A DNA stretch of 64,000 nucleotides from Alphaproteobacteria bacterium (GTDB lineage Bacteria > Pseudomonadota > Alphaproteobacteria > UBA828). The position numbers and the translations under genes were made by a program. The stretch spans positions 32,001 through 96,000 of the forward strand of contig CBDCRW010000003.1 of NCBI GenBank assembly GCA_965221125.1, in the 5' to 3' direction. Within the stretch, counting starts at the first letter, position 1. Each line of letters opens with the position of its first letter. Positions 20,141 through 32,286 of the stretch are shown here, piece by piece. A model generated the notes under the pieces. That model made no database searches, was not told the DNA's origin, and saw only the letters and a list, made by a program, of their open reading frames with translations.

Positions 20141-21550
20141 TCAGCCAAGGCGGGCGAGCAGACGCACCAGCCGCTTGGTGCGCGCGCTGAAGAGCATCGG
20201 TGCGTGGAAGCTGCCGGCGGCGCGAGCGCTGACCTCGCTGAAGGTCGGGTACGGCACGATCGCCTGGGACAGCTTGCCGACTCCGAGCTTGTATTTCACT
20301 GCCAGGACCCACGGGAGAATCAGCTCGCCGGCATGGGCGCCGACGATGGAGGCGCCGAGCACCCTGCCCCGCTTCGTCGCCACGACCTTGATCAGCCCGT
20401 TCGTGGCGTCCTCGGCAATGGCGCGGTCGTTCTCTTCGAACGGGAAGCGCAGCACGCGCACCTCGTCGCCCCTGGCGCGGGCCTCCGCCTCGCTCAGGCC
20501 GACGTGGGCGAGTTCCGGATCGGTGTACGTGACCCACGGCACCGCGTCGTAGCGTGCCCGCGCCGGCAGCCGGAACAGCGCGTTGGTGATCACGATCCGC
20601 GCCTGATAGCTGGCCGTGTGGGTGAAGCGGTAGGGCCCGACGACATCGCCGATGGCGAATATCCGCTTGTTGGTCGTGCGCAGGCGCGCGTCCACCAGCG
20701 GCACGCCGTCGTTGAGCGCGACGCCGGCGTCCTCCAGCCCGAGACCGTCGATCTTCGGCCGCCGCCCTGCCGCGACCAGCAGATGAGAGCCGGAGAGGTG
20801 CAGGTTCGCCTCGCCCGATCCGCTGGTCAGCGCAACGCCGCCGTCACCCGTCTCCGCGACCGCCGTGACCGGCGTGTCCTCGTGGATCGTCACGCCGTCC
20901 TCGATCAGCTGCGCGCGCACGAAGGCCGCCATCTCGGGATCGTCGCGACCGAGGACCCGCCCTTTTTCGATCAGCGTGACCTCGGCGCCGAGCCGGCGAT
21001 AGGCCTGGGACATCTCGACGCCCACCGGGCCGCCGCCCAGCACCAGCAGATGGCTCGGCTCGGGCGCCGAATCGAACAGGGTCTCGTTGGTGAGGTAGGG
21101 CACCGTTTCGAGACCCGGAACGGCGGGGACGACCGGCGCGGAGCCGGTGGCGACGACGAAGCGCCGCGCCGTCACGCTGGTATCGCCCACCTCCAGGAAG
21201 CGCGGCGCGACGAAACGGGCCTTGCCGAGCACCACGTGGACGCCGAGACCGCGGAAGCGCTCAACCGAGTCGTGCGGCTCGATGGCCGCAATCGCGCCGC
21301 GCATGTGATCGTAGGCCGCGGCGAAATCGTCGCCTCGCGCGGCGGCGGCCAGCAGAGCCTTGGAGGGGACGCAGCCGGTGTTGAGGCACTCGCCGCCCAT
21401 CCGGGACTGCTCGATCAGGATCACCGAAGCACCCATCTGCACGGCGCCGGCAGCAATCGAAAGTCCGCCCGAGCCCGCCCCGATCACACAGAGATCCGCC
21501 CGGATCCTGTCGCTGATGGTCCTCGACCGATCTACGCCCGCCGCTCCCAT
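20141..21550 (-). CDS. Pyridine nucleotide-disulfide oxidoreductase (dihydrolipoamide dehydrogenase/MerA-like family)
   Basis: IGAGSGG, GGECLNTGCVPSK, GGGPVG, YPTFSE. Confidence 0.9.
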   Translation of the reverse strand: MGAAGVDRSRTISDRIRADLCVIGAGSGGLSIAAGAVQMGASVILIEQSRMGGECLNTGCVPSKALLAAAARGDDFAAAYDHMRGAIAAIEPHDSVERFRGLGVHVVLGKARFVAPRFLEVGDTSVTARRFVVATGSAPVVPAVPGLETVPYLTNETLFDSAPEPSHLLVLGGGPVGVEMSQAYRRLGAEVTLIEKGRVLGRDDPEMAAFVRAQLIEDGVTIHEDTPVTAVAETGDGGVALTSGSGEANLHLSGSHLLVAAGRRPKIDGLGLEDAGVALNDGVPLVDARLRTTNKRIFAIGDVVGPYRFTHTASYQARIVITNALFRLPARARYDAVPWVTYTDPELAHVGLSEAEARARGDEVRVLRFPFEENDRAIAEDATNGLIKVVATKRGRVLGASIVGAHAGELILPWVLAVKYKLGVGKLSQAIVPYPTFSEVSARAAGSFHAPMLFSARTKRLVRLLARLG

Positions 21551-21981
21551 GCTCCGCCCTGCGTCTGCTCCCAATAGGTGACGGTGTCGCCGCGATCCTT
21601 GTGCGCCCGCCATCTGCCGCGTGCAGCCTCCAGCGTCGCGGGATCGCTCCCGTCGAACATGTCGAGGCAGCGTTCGAATCGATTGAGTTCTGCGGGTGCA
21701 ATGCCGTCGACCATGACGGCAATCTCGGCGCCGTTGGGATTGGTGTCGTCGGTTGCGAGGAAGATCGGCTGGCGCTCAGGACTGCCGTCCCGCGCCGTGC
21801 CGTGGGGCAGGAAGGAGCCCTGCTCGTAGGTCCACAACGCCGCGTTCAGCGCCTCGGCGCGCTCCTCCGACGCGGCGAGCACCACCGCGCGGCGGCCGCT
21901 CTCCAGGACCTTTTCCAACAGTTTAGGGAGCGCTTTCTCCAGCGGCGTGCGGCGAAGCTGGTAGAAGGCGATCTCGACCAT
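21532..21981 (-). CDS. holC: DNA polymerase III subunit chi
   Basis: FYQL, LWTY..SFLPHG, QPIFL, ARGRW; directly downstream of pepA. Confidence 0.93.
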   Translation of the reverse strand: MVEIAFYQLRRTPLEKALPKLLEKVLESGRRAVVLAASEERAEALNAALWTYEQGSFLPHGTARDGSPERQPIFLATDDTNPNGAEIAVMVDGIAPAELNRFERCLDMFDGSDPATLEAARGRWRAHKDRGDTVTYWEQTQGGAWERRA

Positions 21982-21990
21982 TGCCGGGCT

Positions 21991-23493
21991 TCAGGCCTCG
22001 TAGTGCGAGCGCACCAGTTGATCGAGAAGCCGGACGCCGTAGCCCGACGCGCCCTTCGGCACGGTCGGGTCGTCTCCCCGCTTCATCCAGGCCATGCCCG
22101 CGATGTCGAGATGCGCCCACGGCACGTCGTTGACGAAGCGTTGCAGGAACTGGGCGGCCGTCACGCTGCCGGCCTCGCGCCCCTTGCCGACATTCTTCAT
22201 GTCCGCGATGGCCGAGTTGATGTCCTTGTCGTAGCGCTCGCTGAGCGGCAGGCGCCAGACCTCCTCGCCGCTCTCCTTGCCCGCCGCGATCAGCCGCTCC
22301 GAGAGCTCGTCGTCGTTGCTGAAGAGGCCGGCCTGGAAGGTGCCGAGGCTGATGATGATGGCGCCTGTGAGCGTCGCCAGATCGACCATGAACTGGGGCT
22401 TGAACGTCTCCTGCGTGTACCAGAGCGCATCGGCGAGCACGAGGCGGCCCTCGGCGTCGGTGTTGATGACCTCGATGGTCTGGCCCGACATGGAGGTGAC
22501 GACGTCGCCGGGGCGCTGCGCCTTGCCGTCGGGCATGTTCTCGACCAGTCCCACGACGCCGACCGCGTTCACCCGCGCCTTGCGGCCGGCCAGGCACTTC
22601 ATCAGGCCGATCACGGTCGCAGCGCCGGCCATGTCGTACTTCATCTCCTCCATGCCCTGGCTCGGCTTGATGGAGATGCCGCCGGTATCGAAGGTCACGC
22701 CCTTGCCGACGAAGGCGACGGGCTGCGCGTCCAGCCCTTCCGGCGCGCCGTTCCAGCGCATGATCGCGAGATAGGGCTCGTGCTCGCTGCCCTGGGCGAC
22801 GCCGAGCAGCGAGCCCATGCCGAGCGAGGCCATCCTCTCGCGGTCGAAGAGCTCGACCTCCACCCCGTCCTCGGCGAGCGCCTCGATGTCCTGGGTGATG
22901 GTCTTCGGATACTTCACGTTGCTCGGCTCGGAGACCAGATCGCGCGTGACGAAGACGCCCGTGGCGAGACTGTCGTTGGGCTTGAAGGCCGCTTCCGCCG
23001 CCGCCGGCTCGTCGAGCATCACGGTCAGCTGGCCGAGCGTCTTCTTGTCCTCGTCCTTCTTCTTGGTGTGGTACTTGTCGAAGCTGTAGCTGCCGAGGCG
23101 CGCGCCGAGCGCGATTTCGGCAGCCATCGCCTTCGGCGCCAGCTCCGCGCCGTCGACCGCGTCGACGACGAGCGCCGCCGTCTTTGCGCCGGTGGCGTTC
23201 ACCTTGCGAACGACCGAGCCCCCGAGCGCCCGCAGCTGGCGGCCGTCGATCTTGGCGGGCTGACCGAGCCCGACCAGGATCACGGCGTCGACGTCGAGCC
23301 CGTGCGGCGCGACGATCGTCGACGACGTCCCCTTCTTGCCGCTGAAGCGGCCGCTGCCGAGCGCACGGCTCAGCACGCCGCCGCTCTGCTCGTCCAGCGC
23401 GCGCGCGGTCATGCCCAGGGTGCGATCGTCCGTCACGCCGACGGCGATGACGCCCGTGGACGGTGTCGAAATCTCGGAAAATGCAATCTTCAT
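21991..23493 (-). CDS. pepA: Leucyl aminopeptidase
   Basis: VGKGVTFDTGGISIK, MKYDMAG, NTDAEGRL, DLATLTGA. Confidence 0.96.
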   Translation of the reverse strand: MKIAFSEISTPSTGVIAVGVTDDRTLGMTARALDEQSGGVLSRALGSGRFSGKKGTSSTIVAPHGLDVDAVILVGLGQPAKIDGRQLRALGGSVVRKVNATGAKTAALVVDAVDGAELAPKAMAAEIALGARLGSYSFDKYHTKKKDEDKKTLGQLTVMLDEPAAAEAAFKPNDSLATGVFVTRDLVSEPSNVKYPKTITQDIEALAEDGVEVELFDRERMASLGMGSLLGVAQGSEHEPYLAIMRWNGAPEGLDAQPVAFVGKGVTFDTGGISIKPSQGMEEMKYDMAGAATVIGLMKCLAGRKARVNAVGVVGLVENMPDGKAQRPGDVVTSMSGQTIEVINTDAEGRLVLADALWYTQETFKPQFMVDLATLTGAIIISLGTFQAGLFSNDDELSERLIAAGKESGEEVWRLPLSERYDKDINSAIADMKNVGKGREAGSVTAAQFLQRFVNDVPWAHLDIAGMAWMKRGDDPTVPKGASGYGVRLLDQLVRSHYEA

Positions 23494-23593
23494 TGGGTCA
23501 TCCATCCTGACGATGCCTGCACGGGCCACACGGTCTGCGAGAGCACCGTATAGCTAACGTGGTGCTTCGGGTGAAGGGAGGCAAGGCGTGGGG

Positions 23594-25201
<1,608 letters not shown>

Positions 25202-25246
25202 CGGCTGCTCTCGGGCAGGGAGACCGGGCCTATCGCCCCGCTGCTC

Positions 25247-25511
25247 GCCCGCATTTCTCACCGTGGTCACGGTCTGCGCGGCGCTGTCCGGCTGACAGGC
25301 AAGGAGAGGCGCGCAGCGCGATGTGGGGCATCGGGCAAGCGCATCGACGTAGCATGTCGGCCGGAGAGCGCCGCCCTTCGGGTCGCGCCCAGGCGCCCGC
25401 CCGCGGCGTCGCGGGCCTCAACCGTATTCCCCGATACGCTTTTCGGCCCGCTTCTGGCGGATCGAACGCCTGGGCGCGACGCAGGCCGTGACTACGGTGA
25501 GAAATGCGGGC
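25247..25511. mobile_element. MITE-like palindromic element, copy 1
   Basis: 32-bp imperfect terminal inverted repeats (GCCCGCATTTCTCACCGTGGTCACGGTCTGCG / CGCAGGCCGTGACTACGGTGAGAAATGCGGGC); near-identical copy at 45119-45384; no transposase. Confidence 0.85.
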
Positions 25512-25844
25512 TGGACCTCCGTCGGCCCGCCACGCGCAGGGTTGAGCGAAAACGCTGCTTGAGATGTTCATGAGTGCCGGTCGAGGCGTATGACGCTGAT
25601 CGTACTCGCTGGTGCCGTGCATAACAGGATTCGCCCTCCCATGACAACGAGATGACTCTCATCGCCGAAAGAGCGCAACTGGACGGGGGATCGGGCTTCG
25701 GCGGCAGGGTGAAATCGCGCGCCCACCGTGCCGCCGCCGCCGCTCGACCCCGGCGGCGGAACTGCCTATCCTCTGCGCGCATCGCGGTCCCGAGACGTCG
25801 GCGAGGCCGCGTACCCGGCAGCAGAATGGCCAGGAGGTCGCACG

Positions 25845-27506
25845 ATGGAGATCGCTTCGGCGGAGCCGCCGGTCTGGAAGTACCAGCGGCAGTTCGATTA
25901 CGGAGAGGGTGTTTCGACGCTCGCGCAGCGCCCCGACCTGATGCACGACACGGCCTTGAAGCGGTTGTCGGACGAGCAGGTGCGGACCTTCATCGCAAAC
26001 GGCCACATCACGCTTCAGCCCGACCTGCCCGCCGCGTTCCACCGCGAGATGTTCGACCGCTTCGTCGGAATCATCGGAGAGGACAACGACCACAACCCCG
26101 GCAACAACCTTCTGCCCCTGGTGCCCGAGCTTCAGCTCGTCTTCGACGATCCCGTCATCAGTGGTGCGCTGACGAGCGTGCTCGGCGAGGACTACATGAT
26201 GCACCCGCACCGGGTGCTGCACGACAACCCGCCCGGCAGCGATCCCCAGCTCTGGCACCACGACAGCTACTGGGGCTACAAGCGCAAGGTGCACAACCAT
26301 CACCCGTGGTGGGTGATGATCATGTACTACCCCCAGGACATCTATGAAGAGATCGGCCCGACCGGGGTTATCCCCGGCAGCCAGTACATCGCGCAGAGGC
26401 TCGAGGACATCGAACAGCTCGGCAGCCACACGCGTGGCACGGGCGGCGCCTGCGTGATGATTCACTACGACATCTGGCACCGGAAGATGAAGAACTTCAC
26501 CAACCTCAAGCGCTTCATGGTGAAGTTCGAGTTCATGCGGATGCGGCGCCCGCAGGGCGTGACCTGGGACAGTGACGACGATGCATGGAGCAACCCGAGC
26601 GAGCTGCCGGGATACCGCATGGAGCCCGCGTGGCGTTCCACCTGGCACTGGCTGGGGGGAAGCCTGCTTCCCTCGCTGCCTCCCGATCCCGCCGTTGCGT
26701 TGGACGAAGCCCTCGCCGCGGCGCGCGACCGCTCAGGCGATGTGGACCATCGCGCGCGCGCCGAAGCGCTTGCCGATATCGCCCGCCTCGGCGCCGACGC
26801 CGCACCGGCGATCCCGGCGCTGGTCGAGCTTCTCGGCGACGACAACGAGGCGGTCGGTCTCAACGCGGCCTACGCTCTGGCCCACGTCGGCGAGGCGGGA
26901 ATCGCTCCCCTCGTCGCGGCCATGCGCGGCAACGACGGCGAGAACGTGGACGACGCGCGCTGCTTCATCGACCAGGGCGAGAAGAGCGAGCTCGAGATGG
27001 TGGCGCGAAACGCCGCCCACGGCCTGGTTGCGGCCGGACTGCCGGCCCTGCCCGCGCTCCTTGATTGCGCGCGCGAGGGCGGGCCGCGGGTGCGCAAGTA
27101 CGCCCTCTTCGCGCTGGGCGAACTCGATACCGACGACGACGCGGCCATCGACGCGCTCGTCGCGGGCTGCCGCGACGAGGATCCCGCGGTGCGCCTGAAC
27201 GCCGTTGAAGGGCTCGGCCTCAAGAAGGGAAGCCCGACCGCCGCCGAGGCCCTGGCCGCCGCCCTCTTCGACGGTGACGACGAGGTCCGCTTCAACGCCT
27301 CGCTCGCCCTCGCCCGCCTCGGCCCGGCCGCCGCTCCCGCGATCGGCGCCCTCGTCGAGGCGCTGCGCGACGGCAACCGCTACACCATGGGCTATGCGGT
27401 CGAGGCGCTGGAGCGCATCGGCACGCCCGAGGCGCACCAGGCCCTGATCCGCTTCCTCAAGATTGCGCGCTGGTGTCCGATCACCACCACCGGCAACCTG
27501 TTCTGA
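25845..27506 (+). CDS. Phytanoyl-CoA dioxygenase (PhyH)-like Fe/2OG domain fused to HEAT repeats
   Basis: AGGAGG RBS; WHHDS (HxD), GPTGVIPGSQ, IWHR; C-terminal repeats such as VRLNAVEGLG, VRFNASLALARLG. Confidence 0.85.
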   Translation: MEIASAEPPVWKYQRQFDYGEGVSTLAQRPDLMHDTALKRLSDEQVRTFIANGHITLQPDLPAAFHREMFDRFVGIIGEDNDHNPGNNLLPLVPELQLVFDDPVISGALTSVLGEDYMMHPHRVLHDNPPGSDPQLWHHDSYWGYKRKVHNHHPWWVMIMYYPQDIYEEIGPTGVIPGSQYIAQRLEDIEQLGSHTRGTGGACVMIHYDIWHRKMKNFTNLKRFMVKFEFMRMRRPQGVTWDSDDDAWSNPSELPGYRMEPAWRSTWHWLGGSLLPSLPPDPAVALDEALAAARDRSGDVDHRARAEALADIARLGADAAPAIPALVELLGDDNEAVGLNAAYALAHVGEAGIAPLVAAMRGNDGENVDDARCFIDQGEKSELEMVARNAAHGLVAAGLPALPALLDCAREGGPRVRKYALFALGELDTDDDAAIDALVAGCRDEDPAVRLNAVEGLGLKKGSPTAAEALAAALFDGDDEVRFNASLALARLGPAAAPAIGALVEALRDGNRYTMGYAVEALERIGTPEAHQALIRFLKIARWCPITTTGNLF

Positions 27507-27528
27507 CCCGCCCCCGTTAGCGGGCAAG

Positions 27529-27560
27529 GAAAAAAGGGAGGGGCGTTTGCCCCTCCCTTC
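27529..27560 (-). terminator. Rho-independent terminator of the ABC operon
   Basis: Minus strand GAAGGGAGGGGC-AAAC-GCCCCTCCCTTTTTT just after the SBP stop. Confidence 0.8.
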
Positions 27561-27576
27561 ATGTTGGCAACGGAAA

Positions 27577-29130
27577 CTAAACGTCGAAGTTGAGTCCGGC
27601 GCGCTTCGTCGCCTCCAGGAACTTGTCGTGCTGCGACTTCTGCGAGTCGTAGCCGAGCTTCTGCGTGATCTGCACCCACTCTTCCGCCGCCTCGTCGAGC
27701 GCGTCCTGCGCACCGATCTCGTCGGAAATGAAGCGCGAGATTGCGCGGCCGAGGGCATCGCCGTATTCGCCCGCACCTTCCCAGTAAATCTGCGGGAAGG
27801 CGTTCTCCACATTGGCCTGGCAGCCGTCGAGGTGACGCCGTGCCTGGTCGAATGTCTTGAAGATGCCGTCGTTGACCGGCCACAGCTCGTCGGTGCCGCG
27901 CTGCGGGTTGGGCTCGGTGTACATCTGCGCCGCTTCGTCGGTGAAGTGGGTCTTCCCATAGGGGTCGGAACCGCAGAACGGGTCGGCCACGATGTTCATC
28001 GAGTAGTCCGGGTGGGACATGCGGTAGATGAAGTACGCGGCGGCTTCCTTCACTTCTTCCGAGGCGTTGGCAGGCACGGCGAGTGTCCGGCTGTAGAGCG
28101 CGACCGGCGTGTGCTTCATGCTGCCGTCGGCCTGCTGGGTGCCGGGCACCAGCGCGGTCGCCTGATCCGACGCCCGCTCGAGGCCCTGACTGCGCACCGT
28201 GAACTCGGCCAGGTCGATCCACCAGACCGACATGACGTCCGCGCCCGATTCCCAGCGCGCGATCGTTTCGCCGATCGACATGGAGGTCTTCCCTGGCGGG
28301 CCGGTCTCCACGATCTCCTTGAACATCTCGAGCGATTCCGCGGCACGGCCCTGGTTGATCTGCGGGTTCATGTTGCGGTCGAAATAGGTGACGCCGTAGC
28401 TCCCCGCGACGTCGATCCAGAACCCCCATGAGAAGTTCGGCGGGTTCATGACGACCGACGTGCCGTAGATGTCCTGCGAGCTGTACTTGTCGGTGAAGAA
28501 GCGCGCCGTGTCGCGATACTCTTCCCACGTGGTGGGCACGGTCAGCTCGCGCTGGAAGCGCTTCGAGAACTCCTTCTGGTTGTCCGCATCGGCGAAATAG
28601 CTCGGCCGATAGTGCAGGTTGTGGATGTCGCCATCGACCATCAGACCATAGGTCTGGCCGCCCCACTGCGAATAGAATTCGCCGTAGCCCGGCATGATCC
28701 AGTCGAAGTACTCCGCGGATCCGCCGAAGTTATCGAGGTACTGGTCGAGCGGCTCGAGCAATCCGACTTCCGCGAAGAGGCCGAAGTAGAGGCTCGGCAT
28801 GCAGAACCAGTCGAAGCGCGGGTTGTTGGACAGGAGCTGCGGCACGATCTTCGCCGTGGTCTCACCCGCGTCGTAGAGCTCGCGGCTCTTCAGGCTGACG
28901 CCGGCTTCCGCCTGAAGCAGCGGCGACAGCCACATCGGCGCGTTCTGCCAGTTGTTGTCCCAGAGGCCCGCGACCTCGATGTCGTTGAAGCGCTTGTCGG
29001 CCTTGAGGCTGCCGGCGCCGAGGCCGGTTCCCATGCCGCCCAGCGCCAGCGCGCCGCCGGCCATGGCAGAGCCCTTGACGAAATCGCGGCGCGAGAGCCG
29101 CCTGTTAACGAGGTGTTTGAAAGCGCCCAT
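27577..29130 (-). CDS. ABC transporter solute-binding protein (CUT1-like) with Tat signal
   Basis: SRRDFVKG twin-arginine motif; DGD..LHYR and PTTWEEY family-1 SBP motifs. Confidence 0.88.
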   Translation of the reverse strand: MGAFKHLVNRRLSRRDFVKGSAMAGGALALGGMGTGLGAGSLKADKRFNDIEVAGLWDNNWQNAPMWLSPLLQAEAGVSLKSRELYDAGETTAKIVPQLLSNNPRFDWFCMPSLYFGLFAEVGLLEPLDQYLDNFGGSAEYFDWIMPGYGEFYSQWGGQTYGLMVDGDIHNLHYRPSYFADADNQKEFSKRFQRELTVPTTWEEYRDTARFFTDKYSSQDIYGTSVVMNPPNFSWGFWIDVAGSYGVTYFDRNMNPQINQGRAAESLEMFKEIVETGPPGKTSMSIGETIARWESGADVMSVWWIDLAEFTVRSQGLERASDQATALVPGTQQADGSMKHTPVALYSRTLAVPANASEEVKEAAAYFIYRMSHPDYSMNIVADPFCGSDPYGKTHFTDEAAQMYTEPNPQRGTDELWPVNDGIFKTFDQARRHLDGCQANVENAFPQIYWEGAGEYGDALGRAISRFISDEIGAQDALDEAAEEWVQITQKLGYDSQKSQHDKFLEATKRAGLNFDV

Positions 29131-29220
29131 GTTTCCCTCCTAGCTTTCCTGTCTCGGGGTTGGTGAATTTGCCGTGCGGAGCGAAGGCATCACTCGTTTC
29201 TCAGCCCAGCACGTCACGCG

Positions 29221-30327
29221 TCAAACAAGCAAGTCCTCCGTTTCGGCATCGAAAACCAGCACGTCGTCCGGGTGGTAGTAGAGTTCGACCTCTTCGTCCC
29301 GGCCGGCGCCATCGCTCGACGTGGTGACGGCCTGCAGCTGGGCGTCGCCACTGGTCAGCGTCAGGATCGAGCGCTCGCCGGAATACTCGTTGATGAGCAC
29401 CTTCGCGGTGATGCTGTTCTCCAGGCCATCCGCGAAGCGGGTCAGATTCTGCGGCCTGATTCCGACGATGTAGCCGTCGGCCCCGCGGCTGCGAATCTTC
29501 GTCATCCGTTCGGCCGACGGCTGAAACCGTGTGGCGCCGTCGTGGGTGACGAGCGTCACGTCGCCGCCCGCTTCCTCCGGCCGGACCTCGAAGAAGTTCG
29601 TCGGCGGCTCACCGATGAATCCGGCCACGAAGACGTTGTTCGGCGCATGGTACAGGTCGTCGCGCGTGCCGAACTGCTGCAGGCGGCCCTCGTGCATGAC
29701 CGCAACCCGGTCCGAGAGTGCGAGCGCCTCCATCTGGTCATGGGTGACGAACAGCATCGTGCGGCCCAACGACTGATGAATGCGGCGAAGCTCGATCATC
29801 ATCTGGAACTTCAGGTGGGCATCGAGATGGCTCATGACCTCGTCGAGGATGAACGCCGCCGGCTCGCGGATCAGCGCGCGGCCCAGCGATACCCGCTGCT
29901 GCTGGCCGCCCGAGAGCGCGCCGGGCTTCTGGTCGAGCACATCCTCGATCTGCAGGAGCCCGGCGATCCGCCGCACTTCCTGCCTCCTGTCCTCCTTGCT
30001 CACGCCCCGCACTTCCAGCGGGAATCCCAGGTTCTCCTCGATCGTGAAATTGGGATAGAGCGCGTAGGTCTCGAACGCCATGGCGACGTTGCGCTCCTGC
30101 GGCTCCATGTCGTTGACCACGGTGTCGTCGAAGCGGATTTCGCCCGACGTGACGGATTCGAGCCCGACGATCATCCTGAGCGTCGACGACTTGCCGCACC
30201 CCGACGGCCCCAGCAGCGAGACGAACTCGCCATCCGCGACGTTCAGCGAGAAGTCCTTGACCGCGTGCACGTTGCCCCGCCGGCTGCGGTAAATCTTGTC
30301 GATGCTGTCGAGCGTGACGCGGGCCAT
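29221..30327 (-). CDS. ABC transporter ATP-binding protein (MalK-like)
   Basis: GPSGCGKS, LSGGQQQR, ILDE, VTHDQ; ATG at 30327. Confidence 0.92.
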   Translation of the reverse strand: MARVTLDSIDKIYRSRRGNVHAVKDFSLNVADGEFVSLLGPSGCGKSSTLRMIVGLESVTSGEIRFDDTVVNDMEPQERNVAMAFETYALYPNFTIEENLGFPLEVRGVSKEDRRQEVRRIAGLLQIEDVLDQKPGALSGGQQQRVSLGRALIREPAAFILDEVMSHLDAHLKFQMMIELRRIHQSLGRTMLFVTHDQMEALALSDRVAVMHEGRLQQFGTRDDLYHAPNNVFVAGFIGEPPTNFFEVRPEEAGGDVTLVTHDGATRFQPSAERMTKIRSRGADGYIVGIRPQNLTRFADGLENSITAKVLINEYSGERSILTLTSGDAQLQAVTTSSDGAGRDEEVELYYHPDDVLVFDAETEDLLV

Positions 30328-30329
30328 GG

Positions 30330-31439
30330 CTAGAGCACCAGGTTCTTGCCGTCGTCGGGATCGAAGAAAAACGCCTGTGTCGTGTCGATGGCGAGGCGGA
30401 CGCGCTCGCCGTGCTCGTAGCGGTGTTCGGGCGACGACAGGGCCGTGATGGTGGCGCCGCCCGCCTCGGCGATCAGGATCGCGTGGGTGCCGAGCGGCTC
30501 GAACAGCGTGACGGTGCACTCGAAGACATGCTGATCGGCGCGGACGTCTTCTCCGTCCAGCACCACGGAGACATGCTGCGGGCGTATGCCGTAGGTGACC
30601 CGCCCCGTGCCCGCGCCGTTCAACCGCTGCACGTGGGGCCCTGCGACGGGCACGGCGAGCGAACTCTCGACGTGACGCGCGAGCAGGGCGCCGTTCTCCG
30701 AAGCCAGCTCGCAGCTGAGCACGTTGATCGACGGCTGGCCCATATGCTCGGCCACGAACAACGTCTCCGGTTTCTCGAACACCTCGTGGGCCCCGCCGAT
30801 CTGCACGAAACCGCCGGGGCCGGCGACGCCGATCCGATCCCCGAGAGAGAGCGCCTCCGCGTAATCGTGGGTGACGTAGATGGTCGCGACCTTGCGCAGC
30901 GCTTCGAGGGTGTGGAACTGCGCGCGCAGCTCGTGACGGATCTTGGCATCGAGGTGGCTGATCGGCTCGTCGAGCAGGAAGGCTTCCGGCTCCGCCACCA
31001 GCGTGCGCCCCAGCGCCGTGCGCTGCTTCTGCCCGCCCGATATCTCGGCCGGCCGGCGCCCGACCAGCTGGTCGATCTTGAGCAGGCGCGCCACGTCCAT
31101 CACGCGCTGCTGGACCTCGGCCCTCGGCAAGCGGCGTGCACGCAGGGGGCTCGCGATGTTCTCGAACACGCTGAGGTGGGGATAGAGCGCATAGGATTCG
31201 AAGGTCATCGCGACCCGGCGCCGGTAGGGCGGCAGCCGCGAGATGTCCTTGCCGCCCAGGATGATGCGCCCCTCGTTCGGCACCTCGAGGCCGGCGATCA
31301 GGCGAAGCAGCGTCGTCTTGCCGATGCCCGACGGCCCGACCACGACGAAGAACTCGCCCTCCTCGACGGTCAGGTCCATCCGGTCGATCACCGGAAAGTC
31401 CCAGCCCTTGCACAGTCCCTCGATTTCGAGCCGTGCCAT
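30330..31439 (-). CDS. ABC transporter ATP-binding protein (MalK-like)
   Basis: GPSGIGKT, ISGGQKQR, LLDEP, VTHD. Confidence 0.92.
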   Translation of the reverse strand: MARLEIEGLCKGWDFPVIDRMDLTVEEGEFFVVVGPSGIGKTTLLRLIAGLEVPNEGRIILGGKDISRLPPYRRRVAMTFESYALYPHLSVFENIASPLRARRLPRAEVQQRVMDVARLLKIDQLVGRRPAEISGGQKQRTALGRTLVAEPEAFLLDEPISHLDAKIRHELRAQFHTLEALRKVATIYVTHDYAEALSLGDRIGVAGPGGFVQIGGAHEVFEKPETLFVAEHMGQPSINVLSCELASENGALLARHVESSLAVPVAGPHVQRLNGAGTGRVTYGIRPQHVSVVLDGEDVRADQHVFECTVTLFEPLGTHAILIAEAGGATITALSSPEHRYEHGERVRLAIDTTQAFFFDPDDGKNLVL

Positions 31440-31443
31440 GCGC

Positions 31444-32283
31444 CTAGCCCTTCACGACGCCGAGCGAGAGACCGCGCACCATGTAGCGGCGCAGCACCAG
31501 GAAGAGAATGACCGGCGGAAGCACCGCGATCAGCGAGAACAGCGCGGCGAGATTCCAGAGTTTTTGCGCACCCTGGACGAACCCCGGAGTCTGGATCGTG
31601 TTCACGGCCACGTTGGAGCCGACCAGCATGTTGGCGAACAGATACTCGTTCCAGGCGAAAATCCAGCAGAGCAGCGCCACCGACATCATGCCGGGCACGA
31701 CCTGCGGCAGGGTGATCTTGAAGAAGGCTCTGACCGGCGAGTAGCCGTCGAGGTACGCGGCTTCTTCCAGCTCGCGCGGCGCGTCGCGGAAGAAGACCAT
31801 CATCAACCAGGTCGCGAGCGGCATGTTGAAGACCAGGTAGAGGATGATCAGGGAAATGTGGTTGTCGGTCGATCCGAACACCGTGTCGAACGCGCGGAAC
31901 ATGGGCAGCAGGATCGCGACGGGCGGAAACATGCGGTTGGACAGGATCCAGAACGCCATGTTCTCGCCGCCGGCCTGGCGCGGGAAGCGCGCCAGGGCGT
32001 AACCGGCGAGGGAGCCTAGGAAGACCGCAAGCGCCGTGTTCGCCGAGGCGATCAGCAGCGTATCCAGCAGGGCGGCAACGTTGGTCTCGTCCGAAAAGAT
32101 CAGATCGAGATTGCTCCACATGAATTCGTCCGGCCAGAAGGTCGGCTTGATACGGTTGACCTCCTCGATGCCCTTAAATCCGGTAATGAATTGGAAATAG
32201 TACGGGAACAGGGAAATGATCGCCCATACTCCCAGGAATACGAACATAAGGATGGCGACGAGCTTGTAGTGACGATCGCTCAT
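31444..32283 (-). CDS. Carbohydrate ABC transporter permease (MalG-like)
   Basis: ELEEAAYLDG EAA loop, FAWNEYLFA. Confidence 0.92.
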   Translation of the reverse strand: MSDRHYKLVAILMFVFLGVWAIISLFPYYFQFITGFKGIEEVNRIKPTFWPDEFMWSNLDLIFSDETNVAALLDTLLIASANTALAVFLGSLAGYALARFPRQAGGENMAFWILSNRMFPPVAILLPMFRAFDTVFGSTDNHISLIILYLVFNMPLATWLMMVFFRDAPRELEEAAYLDGYSPVRAFFKITLPQVVPGMMSVALLCWIFAWNEYLFANMLVGSNVAVNTIQTPGFVQGAQKLWNLAALFSLIAVLPPVILFLVLRRYMVRGLSLGVVKG

Positions 32284-32286
32284 CGG

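Noticed and set aside
20141-21550. Mercuric reductase MerA call
   Set aside because: No C-terminal Cys-Cys pair, no metal-binding N-terminal domain and no mer operon.
25696-25740. CTTCGGCGGCAGGGTGAAAT resembles the 5' end of an FMN riboswitch
   Set aside because: The downstream conserved FMN segments are absent and the adjacent gene is not riboflavin-related; it only forms a simple GC hairpin.
30330-31413. 730-aa ORF suggesting one fused ABC ATPase
   Set aside because: Its first half is an alternate-frame read-through of the upstream ATPase gene; two separate genes explain the region.
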